From Microthyrium microscopicum (Eukaryota), in assembly GCA_010405405.1 (NCBI GenBank), contig MU004230.1:4110282-4174281 (forward strand): a DNA stretch of 64,000 nucleotides. Reading direction: 5' to 3'. Under the pieces are notes generated by a model. The model had not been told where the DNA came from. It saw only the letters and a list, made by a program, of their open reading frames with translations, and searched no databases. Shown one piece after another: positions 1 through 12,979 of the stretch. Numbering within the stretch: the stretch's first letter is position 1; each line of letters opens with the position of its first letter. The position numbers and the translations under genes were made by a program.

Positions 1-1890
1 CTTTTTATCTTTATAAATTAGAGCTATATTATCTTTAAATTCTATAGTAAAATTAGAAGATAACTTACTTATAGAAATTAAATTAACGCCTAGATTAGGA
101 CAATATAAACAGTCTTTTAATTTAAATAATATTCTACTAAGTCTAACTACTATATCTCTAATTCTAGTAGCTATAATAGTACCTACCTTGCCCTAATTAA
201 TAGGAATATTATATAGTTTAAAATAATAAAACTATGTCTTATCTACTATTAAATAAGAACTAGCCCCTAAATCTAATATAAAATTAGTAGGTTTACTTAT
301 AGTAGAAGGTAACAATACGTACACTTATTCCTTAGTGTCTAAGTAATCTATAATATCTTTAACGTAAGCGCCTAGTGTCTTAGGCTAAATAGTGTTAGAT
401 TCTTCGCTTTTAGTACTTTTATTATCTAGATCTAGATTAAAGTCTAGCTCTATTAGTGAATCTAGGTTAGAACTAGTAGTAACTAGTACCTAATCTTCTA
501 TTCTAGCTCAAACGGGCTTAGTAGATTTAGATTTCTTACTAGAATCCTTTAAGATCTTGCTATTATTTAGCGTTTTTTAAGTTATTGTTTTAATTCTAGG
601 CTTGCTATAATTAATAGCAACATTAGCTCATTCTTAACGTTTAAATAACTCTCTAGTTCCTAGAGAATATCTAGCCGTATTTAGATTATCATTAGATCTA
701 GATCTAGATTCTTATTTATCTATTTTGCCTTTATAATGAAACTAATAGCTTGCTAAGTAATGGCCTATCTTTTTACAGTAGTAGCACTATTTACTAGAAT
801 TAGGTCAATTATTACGTCTAGCGCTATATTAGTTATTAGATCTATCGTTAGATCTATAATTACTATAGAGTGCTATTTCCTTTTCTAGGTGTTCTTATCT
901 TCTAGATTCGTTTAGTAAATTAGCAAAAAGAACTTCTAGATCTATCTCTAGCGTCTTATCGCAATAAGATTACGTAATAATACTAACGAAAGCGTCATAG
1001 CTTAGTGTTAGCCTATTTAGTAGCTAGGTAGCTACGACCTATTTTAGCAATTCTATATCTTTTAAAACGAGTTAATCTAATAACAATTTAATTCAATTTA
1101 GAAACTCTTCTATAGAGTTAAATTAGGTTAGGCTAGTATCAAAGAACTCCTTACAAATAAGGAATTCACTAGAGAAACCTTTAGAACTATATAAATTACT
1201 AAGGGCTATCCAGGTCTCTAGAGCTATATTATATTTACTAACTTATAGTAAGGGTCCGTTTTTAAGGGCTAGCCTAATATAGGATAGTGCTTTAGCGTCT
1301 ATTTTAGCCTAAACGACTACGTCATCTTTAATAGCCTTATCTATCTCTTTATTTACTAGAATAGCATGCATTCATAGCTTCTATATATCGTAGTTATTAG
1401 AACCACGCAATTTCGTAATTTTATAGGAATCCATAGCTTCGTATTAGTTAGATCTAATAGTACTAAAAATTTAAAGCTAAAATATCTATTTTTAGTAAAG
1501 ATATTATTAAGTAAAGTTAGTTAAATTTGCTTATTCTTATATAGAAGTAATAGAGTGTAGTTAGAATATATATACAGAAATACAGCGTTTAAAGCGTCTT
1601 ATTAGCTAAATACTTACTAGCGTCGTTTCTTTATTCTTAAAGAGGTTAGTTTTAATTAGATACTTTTTAGCTTTATTTTAGGCTCATAACCTATAAGAAC
1701 AGGAATACGAGTAGCGCCATTATAAAGGTATAGAAAGGATATAATTAAACTAGTATTAACTAGCGTATTATATTATATACTAAATAATTATATATAGAAT
1801 CTCTAAAGCCTCTAGAATTAGAAGGAATTCTAGAGCGTTAAATACACCTAAGGAAATAAAGATTATCTTAGCCTTTATTAGTAATCTACA
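1..1890 (-). mobile_element. Ty1/Copia LTR retrotransposon, 5' part (LTR, PBS, gag, protease), RIP-inactivated; continues off the left edge
   Basis: Minus strand: PBS GGTTATGAGCC (1691-1681). ATG at 1434 reads MDSYKITKLRGSNNYDI*KL*MHAIL, a Copia gag N-terminus with RIP stops. Zinc knuckle CYYCKKIGHYLAS(Y<C) at 786-745. Protease motif FILD(L<S)GASS(Y<H) at about 282-253. The LTR boundary next to the PBS is 1692; the outer end (~1890) is approximate. Confidence 0.9.
1681..1691 (-). promoter_or_regulatory. Copia primer-binding site (tRNA-iMet half-molecule type, Ty5/copia-like)
   Basis: GGTTATGAGCC immediately follows the LTR end on the minus strand. Confidence 0.85.
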
Positions 1891-1948
1891 AAGATCTAAT
1901 AAAGATCTTTAATTAGATTACAAAGATCTTTAATTAGATAACAAAGAC
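1886..1948 (+). repeat. Short tandem repeat, ~21-bp unit (CAAAGATCTTTAATTAGATTA-like), 2-3 copies
   Basis: AAAGATCTTTAATTAGAT occurs twice, with degenerate copies on each side. Confidence 0.7.
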
Positions 1949-4407
1949 TATAAAGAACTAATAGCTAAATAGGTTAGTTCTAAAAGAATACTAGTATTAA
2001 ATCTAGTTATTCTTATAAAAGTACGTATAGATAAAGCCTAAAGATCCCTATACTAGAGCTTACTAGCATTATCGCAAAACTTTACTATATTAAGGTAGAG
2101 TTTATCTTTAAATCTAACGTAAGAAATAAGTAATAGTAGAAAATTAATTAGATTTAAGAAGTAGATAAAATTAAGTAGCTAACTAGCCTTCTAAGCGGCA
2201 CGCTTAGTTGCTAATAAGGTAGGAACTTACTTAGTATCTAATTTAACTAGAACCTTATAAATCTAAATAGATAGGACGCAAGAGTTAAAGTAAGTATTTA
2301 GAGTTCCTAACGTATTAGGTAAACTCTTAATAGTTTCTTTAGTAGCATACTTCTTAATAATACTAATAAGAGTTTTATACTAAAGACAGCTTACTATATA
2401 GTGCTTAGACTACAAACCTAGAGCTAAAGTAAGCTATAAGATAAGATTAGTAGTAATATCGTAAGTAACGCCCTTAGACACCTCTTTAGAGACATTATTA
2501 GCAATAGAGATAGCCTTAAGGCGACTAGGAAGAGCATAGTTAAGAGAAGTAGCAGCTAGTTTAGCATTAGGATTGTCCTCCTTCTTAGCATTAGGGTCAA
2601 TAGTTAGAATATTATTAACTAGCAATAGCTCTTAGTTTATATAATCCGCTATCTTAGTAAGCTCTATAATCTACTAGGCAGTAATCTTGCTAATACGTTT
2701 TACCTTATTATTATTAGTTATTTAGAAAGTAAATAATAAATTAGAGAGGCCTTCTAAATTTTAGGATTTATTAGTAGTGTATTAAATATTAGATACAATA
2801 AACTAACTAAGTTACTAATAAGGTTATCCTTAATATTAAAGTCTAGAGCAAGCTTAGATTTCGCTATCTAGTTATTATCTAGTTTAAAATTATTATCTAC
2901 CTTACAAGACTTAATAGGATTATCTTCCTTTATATAAGTACGCTTTTAAATAGTACTAACGATATCTTCTTTCTTCTTCTTCTTACCCTCTAAGACTACC
3001 TTTTGGGCGGGCTAGTAAGCTATCTTAAACAATAAAGTAATAGTAAGCTAAAATATTAATACGCGTTAAAGGTCTACGTCTCTTATAAGAACTTATAGTT
3101 AATTTCATAGAGCGCTATAGATCTACGTAAGAGAATTAGACGCTAGTAAAGTTAATTAGCAAATAGTAGGTAATAGTAAGTAGTAAATAATTAATATAAG
3201 TAGTATAGAGAAACTCTAAGACGCTAACACTATAAAAGATAGTTAAGAAAGATAAAGAGCTAGAATTTAAGGTTTAAAGAAAGTTAGAGAAATTAAATAA
3301 AAAAAAGAGGTTATAGATATAGTAACTTAGGTAAAATAGAAAGTACGATCCAAGGCAAGCATAAGTAGTTATAAAGCAGGACTTAGTAATTTTTAACTTT
3401 AAAATAGTATAATTATTATTATTTTAGTACTAATTACACCTAAATAAAGGCTATAGTAGTAATTATCGCGTTATTACTATACCTAACTTAAATACCTACT
3501 AGTAAATCTAATTTCTACAACCTTTTATTAAAGCGCTTAAAGGTAATATTAAATATTAGTAACTATTTTAAGCTTTAGTTTGCCCTAGTAATAAATCTAC
3601 TAATATATATTAAGTATAGTTTACGCGTATAGCTAGGTATTAGTTTAATTCTAAATACTACTAATTGCTACCTAATTAAAGCCTAGTTAAACTCTTCTAT
3701 AATTATCTTTACTAAGATAGCAATTACTATAGTCTTAGTAATCTTTATTAGTTATCTACTAGCACGTTAATTATAGTAGTAACTTTAATTATTATAAGTA
3801 TACGTAGTATCTCTAAGTATCCTTTAGATAGGATTATTTTAGTAGCTTTATACTTACTTAGCTAGAGTTTATATATCTATAATTAAGTTAATAATTTAAA
3901 GCTATTATTTACTAGATTAGCTATCATCTTATAATTAGGGTCCTTAGCCTTATAAAGAATAGGCATTATAGTTCTTCTAATTAATAAGGATATCTATATA
4001 GAGTTATAGTAGTCTAGAACTTATAGCTACTTATTATTAATCTAGGAACATTAACTAAGACTAACTAGTTTAAAAGTAGTTAAATTAGCTACTAAATTAA
4101 TTCTAGGACTAGAAGCCCTATTATAATAGAGTATAGCTTAACTAGCTATTAAAGTTACGTAGAGACTATCTAAATCTAGGCGAGTAGTTATATTATTACC
4201 CTAGTAATAATATAAGTTAGCTATAGTTCTACTATATCTATAATCTAGTATAATAAGTATAACTAGAGTTTAGATAAACTAGGAGAAGAAGAAGAAGAAG
4301 ATTATAAAAGAAATAACTAGAACTCTATACTATATAAAAAAAAATAAAAAGTATATCTAAGTATCTAATAAAAAAAGAAAAAAACGAAAACTACTATATA
4401 TCTTAAC

Positions 4408-4569
4408 TATTAGGGGTTGAACCCCCTAAAGCTATGCTCGTTTGGGCTACCCCTATTGTATATAAACACCTTAATTAAAGAGTCTTTTAACTCTTCTTTC
4501 TCTCTAAGTTACCTTCCTATTTAGTAGGCTTATAATATAACTTATCTCTTCGTTATTTAACCTATAATA
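4408..4569 (+). repeat. 5' LTR of Gypsy element (162 bp)
   Basis: Aligns without gaps to 11838-11999. Termini TA..TA are RIPed TG..CA. TATATAAA box at about 4459. Confidence 0.95.
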
Positions 4570-7500
4570 TTAGGTAACTTCAAAACTAACCCCTCTTTTT
4601 ACCTACTCTCTTTTCGTCTATTAATAAATAGCTAGAATAGTAGACTAAGATTTCTCTTACCTAATAACTACTAAATAGAATAGAGAAATATCCTCTAAGG
4701 GCTTTACTTATAAGAACGTAGAAACGTACTTTACGTATATTAACTAATAATAGATAGAGCTATGAAACTACTTAGACATATCCTAGGAGGTAACTAATAA
4801 TAGCTTATAATAAATAATAGATAGTATTTTACTACTTAATAATACGCTTAATTTATCTATTTCGTAATTACGTATAACTACTACTAGTTATAAATAAGCT
4901 TTATAATAACTAAATAGGTTAACTAGCAAAATTCATATATAATTAAATAAGAACGCGTAATAAATTATAGCAGTTTACGCTAAACTCTAGGCCTAAGTTA
5001 ATAGCTAGAATGAATAGCTTACTAATATCCGCGCTAATAGTAAAATCCTTATATAATAAGTAAATAATACTACCTATAAGATACTAACCTAGTAATAGTA
5101 GTAGGAATAAGAATAACTCTAAAAGAAATTTATAACGCCTAGTATAACTCTTTTTTTAATACTAGCTATACCCTTTGCTAAAGAAACCTCTAACTATAGC
5201 TACTATCCTCCTCTAATTCTATAAGCTAATTTTCCTTAGACTCTAATTATAATAACTAGATTAGTAGCCCCTTCTTTACCTCTTCTAATAAATCCTCTAG
5301 CTACCTAATATAAGCTACTTTAACTACTACTATAAAACCTCTAACCAGCTCTTCTAAACCTAGAATAATATTTATATAAGAACCTAACCCTTTATCCTAG
5401 TTTTTACTAAATAATTAAAGCAAAATTACACATTAATAAATAGATTTACGTAGATAACTACGTCTAAATCTACTATATATTTAGCTAGCTTATAAAAGAC
5501 GCTACCTAATAAGTCTTTCCCTAGATCTAGAATCCTACTAGCTATAGTATTATAAGTTTTAGTAAGTTTATAAAATAAATAGACCTTCTCTTTCGTAACT
5601 TGTATAAAGAAATAAGAGCTTTAGTAAACTTCTAAAGAATCTAATAAGGAGATAAAGAATAGAAAATCTTTTAGGCTAAGTTTTAGTAGTATCTTATCTA
5701 TACTAGAGTATAATTTTAGGCTACCTCTATCTAAATATAGTTCTTAGAAAACGCTATAGATTCTAGCCTTAAGATAACTCTAATTACTTATCTCTAGCCT
5801 AATAATTTAGATACCTTTACCTAAGAAGCTTTAGAAACCTAGGATTAAATAGTTTAAGCCTATATAAGCTATTACGGCCTAAGAGGCCTAAGTACTAAAA
5901 TAAGTACTTAGTAAAATTAACTATTTAGAAATTAGAACCTAAATATAATAGAAAGCGTCTAGGTTAAAGCTAGCTAAGCCTAACATAACTACTATAAGCA
6001 AAATAACCTTTATTTTTACTATAGCTTAGCTAATTATAAGATTTAGGATTATAAATAGGCGCTCTAAACGTTATCTAGAAGTTAGAATTCCTCCTATAGC
6101 TAAGCTAGCTATAGATAAAGATAAGGTAGAGGAGGTACTACTAAAGGCGAACGCCTATAGAATAATACTAATAAATTCTAAGCTAGTACTATTAACGCTC
6201 TAAACATCCCCTAGAGTAGCTAGCTAATAAAGGCTATTACTACTTAGCTAAGAAATAATAACCCTTATAATAATCTATATAACGTTACTAATATAGAATT
6301 AGAAAACTAGCAAGCTTAGATTAAAGACATAATACTAAGCTAGAAAATTATAAAAATATTATTTTAGGATAGCGTTAAAAGTTCTTTACTTAAGATATAG
6401 TTATAAAGCCCTTTTTAATACCTTTAATAGTAAATTAACTTTCTTCATATATAAGCTTTATTAATAGTAGCTACTTAACCTATTCCTTTATAAGTCTCTA
6501 CTTTGCTTAAAGATATAAACTTAAACGTATACTACTACCTTAGGTAATTCCTATTAAAGAAATAAATAGCAAGGCTAAAGAAATCTATAAAATAGTAATT
6601 ATAAAGATTAACATTAAAGGCTATAAAGAAACTATTTAAGCCTTTATAGTAAAAGAGACTCTAAGCTATAATATAATTCTTAGCCTACCTTAAATAAAGA
6701 AATAGAATATTATTCTCTATATAAAACCTAAGAAGCTAGTCTTTAACGAAATAAGTTATATAGTTATAAGTCTAAAGACTCCTTAGAAGAAGTATAACTA
6801 CGTAGCAATTAAGGCTATAATATTTAGAATACTTACCTAATAAGCTAGAAAGCAAGTAAGATAGTCTTAAGAAGGCTTAACACTAATTACATAAGTCTTT
6901 ACTATAAGTCTTTATAACTTATAAAAAGCCCTTACTCTAAAGAAGTATATTAACCTTTATAGAAAGCTTCCTAAATAGTATTTAGATTACCTTAACCTTT
7001 TTTAAAGAAAGCTAGCTAATAAATAGCTACCTATCTAAGGCCCTTCTATAGACTATAAGATTAACCTAATCCTAGACGCTAATAGAAAAGAACCTTAGTT
7101 ACCTTAGTAAGTATTATACCCTATAAATTAAGATAAATTACTAGCCCTTAAAAGAATCCTTAATAATCTACTAGAAAGTAAGTTTATTTAAGTAAGTAAC
7201 TTACCTACTAGAGCACTAGTTCTTTTTATTTATAAAGTAGATAGATTAATTTAATTTTATTATAACTACTACGCATTAAATAAGTTAACTATAAAGAACT
7301 ATTACCTCTTACTACTTATCTATAAGATACTAAACGCTTTAAGAAAGGCATAATAGTTTACTAAGCTAGATATATCTTAAGTATTCTATAAGATTTAGAT
7401 ATATAAAGATAATAAGTAGAAGATAGTCTTTTAGATATAATATAGCTTATTTAAATAGATAGTAACACTATTTAGGTTATTAAATATTCTAAATACCTTT

Positions 7501-10500
7501 TAGAGGTTTATTAACTCTACTCTTTAGAATATCTTAAATAACTATATTTCTATATACTTAGATAATATCTTAATCTTTAGCTTAAGTACTAGAAAGTAAT
7601 ATAAAGCCTACGTCTATAAAGTCCTTAAGTAGCTATAAAAAGTAGGACTCTACCTTAATATTTAGAAGTATAAATTTATAACTACTTAGACGATATACCT
7701 AGGCTATATTATTAAGGCTAGATAAGAAATCTTAATAGACCTAGCTAAAGTTAAAGCAATCTAAGAATAGAAGGCTCCTAAAAACGTTTATAGAGTTTAA
7801 GCTTTCCTTAGCTTTACTAACTTCTATTATAAGTTTATACTAAACTTTTAAATAATTATAAAACCTCTTATTTAACTTACCTAGAAGAACGTTCTCTTCT
7901 TATTTAAAGACCTAAAGAGAGCTATATTTAAAAAGCTAAAATAGCTCTTTACTACTAACTAAATACTAGCCCTATTTAACTATAATAAAGAGACTCTTAT
8001 CTATACTAACTCCTTTAGTTACTTTTTAAGAGCTATACTAGTATAAAAGGATAAAATAAGCAAGTTTTAATTAATAGCCTATTTCTCTAAAAAGTATAAC
8101 TCTACTTAAAGTAACTACTTAATTTATAATAAAGAGATACTTATAATTATACTTACTCTAAAAGAATAGAACTTAAAGCTATAAGTAGTAAAGAAGTTTA
8201 AAGTAATATTTAATTATAAGAACCTAGAGTATTTTATAAAACTATAGAAGCTTATAGAAAAATATGTCTAATAGTCTATTAAACTTATAAAGTATAATAT
8301 AATAATTAAGTACTAACTAGGCTTACAAAATAGCATAGTAGATAATCTCTCTTATTATAAATAAAATATACCTTAGGACGTAGCTAATAAGAGGATCTAA
8401 GCTAGAACTTTCTAACTACTTTATACCTAAGGAGATTAATTACTTAAACTACTATAAGCTTTACTTATCTATATTACTACTCTTCCTATAGTAGTTAAAA
8501 ATAAATTAGTAAAGACTCTACTAGCTAATAAAGCTCTAATCCCTAGCTTACTACTACTAATACTAAACGTTTCTAAACTATTAGTAACCTAGTAGAATAA
8601 GGTAGTATAGGCTAATAATACCTATTAAGTAGCCTATTAGATAATTAAAGCTAGTAAACGAAAGTTTTCCTTATTAATTATAGGTATTAAGATCTCTATT
8701 CCTAACTACTTAATTAATAGTAAAGATTACCTTTACTAAAGAGAATAACTATAGATCCTAAATCTAGAACCTTTATAAATAGTAATACTATAAGTAGCTT
8801 ATATATCCTTAATCTAAAGCTATTCTAGCTATAAAGGTACTTACTAAGCTCTATAGCTATACTTCTTCTAGCCTAGAATTATAGCTAATATAAAGCGTTT
8901 TATAAGAAATTATAGTATATATAGCTAATTAAAAATTAGTTATAAGTAAAAAAGAAGCTTCCTAAAGCCTTTATCTATCCTAAGCTAATAATAGCAAGAA
9001 CTATTTATAGATTTTATAATAAACCTCTCTTTATTAAATAAATATATAATCTTAATAGTTATTACTAATTAGCTAAGTAAAGAAGTAATCTTAATCCTCC
9101 TCGCTTAGAAAGAAGCTAAAGATATTATAGCTATTTTCTTATAACGTATCTATTTCCTCTATAATATTCCTAATACAATTATCTATAATTATAACCTAGT
9201 ATTTATAAAAGACTTCTAGATAAAGTTCTATACGCTACTATAAATAGAGCTATAGCTATTAACTATATTTTACCCCTAAATAAATAGCTCTATAGAATAA
9301 TAGAACTTAAATATTAAAGCTAAAGTATAAATATATATAAATTATATATAATTAAACTAGTTCTTACTAATATTAATACTTTAACTTATACTTAACTTAT
9401 AACGCTTATTTATAATAGAACTCTTATCCTTCTTTCTATTCTATAGCTTTAAAAACTCTACCTTCTTAGACTTCCCTAAGTAAGCTCCCTTATCTAAATA
9501 GAAGAATACTCTAAAAGAGAGGAAAGAAGAAGCTACTTATATAATTTTAAAAGCTATAAAATAAACTTAAGATACTATAATCTTTACTTAAGAAAGAATA
9601 TAGGAATAAGCTAACTAAATAAGAATCTAAACGCCTAAGTATAAAGTTAGTAATTAAGTCTAGCTAGACCTAAAGAATACTAAGACTAAATAAGTAAAGA
9701 AGAAGTTTAATTACTATTACTTTAAGTTTTAAGTTATAAAGGTAGTAAGCTTATATATAATTATACTAAACACGCTATAGAGAACTAAGAAATTCTACGT
9801 TAACCTACTTAGACTAGTAATAAATAACCTATTCTTAAGTTAAGATACTAATAATTCTTATCTACTACTAATCTTAATTAAGGATTTAGATAAAGAGAAA
9901 TAAAAAGAGTAGCTAGTAGAGAAGATTATAGCTAAAAAATATAAGAAAATAATAAAGGGCAAACTCTATATAGTCTACGTTATTAAATAAGTAGGTTATC
10001 TAGATATAATAAAAGAACTAATTAACTTTATTAAATAATTAAAAGCCTATATAAAGTAGATAGAGAAGATAAAGTATATATAAAATAATTATAGAAGATT
10101 AGTACTAAACTAGTTTATTTTTTAAGTATAACTAAAATTAAAAAACTAGCCCTCCTATTATAGTAATTAACTCTATAAAGATATAATTAGAGGTACTATC
10201 TATAACCTACGTATAGAAACACTTTTCTTTTATTTATACTAAGACTCTCTTTCCTACTAAATAAAACTAGAAAATTATAAAAATATAAAAAAACTAAAAA
10301 AATAAGACACGCCTAATAAACCTCTACTACTAAGGAAGATAAACTTAAGTAGTGCTCTAAAGCATAAGAAGACTAAAGTAGACAATTAATAGTAGAAGAT
10401 TCTTATCCTTCTTAGTAACCTTCTTCTTATTATTATAAGGATACTTCTTACCTAAGCTAATATTATTATTATAAACGTAGTTTAAATATATATTATTATA

Positions 10501-11272
10501 AAATCTTAAAAGCTAAACGCAACCTATATATTATAGCTAATTCTTTAAATTAAAATAGCTAATGTAATAAGTATAACGCTACTCCTTATAAGTCTTATTC
10601 TACTTATTTTTAATAAAGAATTATAGGATACTTATATAATAAATACTTAAGGCTTTAAGATAACTAGCCTAGCTACTAGTTAACTAAATTATACTAAGAA
10701 AGCTCTAATAAATTATAATACTATAAACGTTAAGCTACGAATTATTAATAAACTCTTTAGAGAAGGCGTTTAATAAGTTAAGACGCTTATTAAAGGAGTT
10801 AGAAGGATAGTTAGCTATAATATAAAGGGCCTTACTCTATAAATACGTTAGTATAAATTAAGAAAAGCTAGAGAAATATATATAGTCTAGTTAATATAAA
10901 GTACTTTAAATAAAGCATAGTTTTATAAATTATAGTAGTTAATAACTATATATACCTTCTTATATTAAAAAATAGTTAGTAAATAAGGATAAGAATTATA
11001 AATAATATTATTCTAGTAATAAAGTAGAACTTAATTAAGAAGGCAAAGGCTCTTATTTACGTTATTCTAATAGGCCTTATATATAGCTATCTTATACGTA
11101 GTAGATAAATAAGATTAAAGAGTATTATAGTTAGTAACGTATATATAAGGAGAAGTAATAATAATAAGGATACAACTATTAAAGCTAATAGTATTATTAA
11201 AAACGTTAATAATTAAGGCAGCTATCTCTATATAGTTAGTAAGGCTATAACTACTATAATAAATAACTTACC

Positions 11273-11323
11273 TAATTAATTAATTAATTAATCAATTAAT
11301 TAATTAATTAATTAATTAATTAA
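11273..11323. repeat. (AATT)n / (TAAT)n microsatellite inside the Gypsy 3' region
   Basis: About 12 tandem 4-mers with one AATC variant, possibly the ancestral pre-RIP unit. Confidence 0.85.
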
Positions 11324-11837
11324 CTAGGTAAGGAAGAAGAAACTTAATAAGGACTAATTAAAAGAGAAGAAGCTTATTTAAAGTATAATAAAGAAAGAAT
11401 AGTTAACTCTATAGAATAACATTACTTTATACCCTCTAAACGTATAAGTAGAAGTATAGTAACTTAACTATAGTTACGTTCTTCTAATCTTATTCCTTAA
11501 TATTATAATAGAGCTCTAACTAAGTATAAATAAAATAATCTGCTAATTAAGCAACCTTTATAAGATTATAACTAGAAAGAACTAACATTATACGCTAAGA
11601 AAGGAGCCTTATACTTAGAATTTAGTCTAAAATAGGTAAAATACTAATATAGAACTAATAGTTAATAACCTAAGCTTTATATTTTATACCTAAAAGTAAA
11701 CGTATAAATCTATACGTTATAAATAGAAACTTCGTTACGAACTATAAGAATAATAAGTATTAAATATAGCTAAATAAGATTAAGATCTTATGATTAACTT
11801 AGTATTTTAGCTAGAATTTTTTAGATGAAAGGGGTAA

Positions 11838-11999
11838 TGTTAAGGATTAAATTCCCTAAAGCTATGTCTATTTAAGCTACCCCTATTATATATAAACACC
11901 TTAATTAAAGAGTCTCTTAACTCTTCTTTCTCTCTAAGTTATTTTCCTATTTAGTAGGCTTATAATATAACTTATCTCTTCGTTATCTAACCTATAACA
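11838..11999 (+). repeat. 3' LTR of Gypsy element (162 bp)
   Basis: Starts TGT and ends ACA. Preceded by a polypurine tract and followed by the TSD TTAAC. Confidence 0.95.
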
Positions 12000-12979
12000 T
12001 TAACTACTATTTTTAAAAACTATAATATAGGATAGATAGAAACGTCTTCTCTTTTTTAGCTAGAAAGGGTAACTAGTAAAATATTAAAAAAAAGCTATAA
12101 AAGACAAGTCTATAGATAAAATAGTAAGACTAAGTAAAGGAATACCTATAGGCAAAATATTAAGGCTAGAGAAAGGGTATTAATATAAAGAAATACCTAT
12201 AGGCAAAATATTAAGAGGAAGGAGAGAGTAGAGAGATCTAACTAGACTAATTTTATTTAAGGGATAAATTAATAGCTTGCGTAGGAAGTATAGCCTTAAA
12301 TATCTTTACTTTCTTCTTTACGTTACTATAGTTAATTTTTTTATAAATAACTTTTTAACCTTTTATATAGTTAAACGTCTTAATAAATAAATAATAACTA
12401 ATATTATCGTACTCCTTAGTAGTTAGAGCCTACTAGTAAGTTTTAAGAAGTTTATTCTTCTTATCTATACCTTTACTAGCGTTTTTAGCAGTAATCTAGA
12501 AAACTATAGCACTATAGACATTTATAAATAAATCTATAATTTATATATTAGCATTTTAGTTAATTATAGTTATAGTTATATAGATAGAGATAATAATACT
12601 ATATATTAAGGTTTAGATTAGTAGGTTACTTATAACAATAGAATATAAGACCTTTATTAGAGGTCTTCTCTAAGTTAATATAAGAGCTTATCTAGGGCTA
12701 ATACTCTAGAAAAGAAGAAGCAGAGAACGTTATAACGAAATGCTCTTAATATATAGCGAGCTAGAATTCATTATTACCTATAGTAACCTAAAGGAAGCTA
12801 ACTATAGCTATTTGTTTAGTAATAAATTTCTACTATACGTTAACTACTATTATATTTACTATTGTATTTAAACTAAATTAAATACTATTATTATATACTA
12901 TAGTATACTTATATACTTTATATTATACTCTTTAAAAGAAAGAGAAGTATATTATTATTAAATCTTATTTATTGTCTTT

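Larger units (their letters stand above)
4408..11999 (+). mobile_element. Full-length Ty3/Gypsy chromovirus LTR retrotransposon, RIP-inactivated
   Basis: Direct-repeat LTRs at 4408-4569 and 11838-11999, with a 5-bp TSD TTAAC at 4403-4407 and 12000-12004. De-RIPed motifs in order: gag CCHC knuckle 6011-6052; protease C-terminal YDIILGLPW-like 6667-6693; RT (GAPVLF, DYRALN, YPLPLI, FTKLDI and YLD(N<D) at 7555-7566); RNase H ~7980-8330; integrase (HPG 8821, CxxC 8911, MDF ~9007, PQTDG ~9274); chromodomain-like E-W-x-V-E-K-I...Y-V-V-K-W-V-G-Y ~9905-10060. PPT GAAAGGGG lies just before the 3' LTR. Confidence 0.95.

Noticed and set aside
2434..2625. 63-aa ORF in the AT-rich block
   Set aside because: A stop-free fragment of a RIP-degraded relic with a non-ATG start; not a credible gene.
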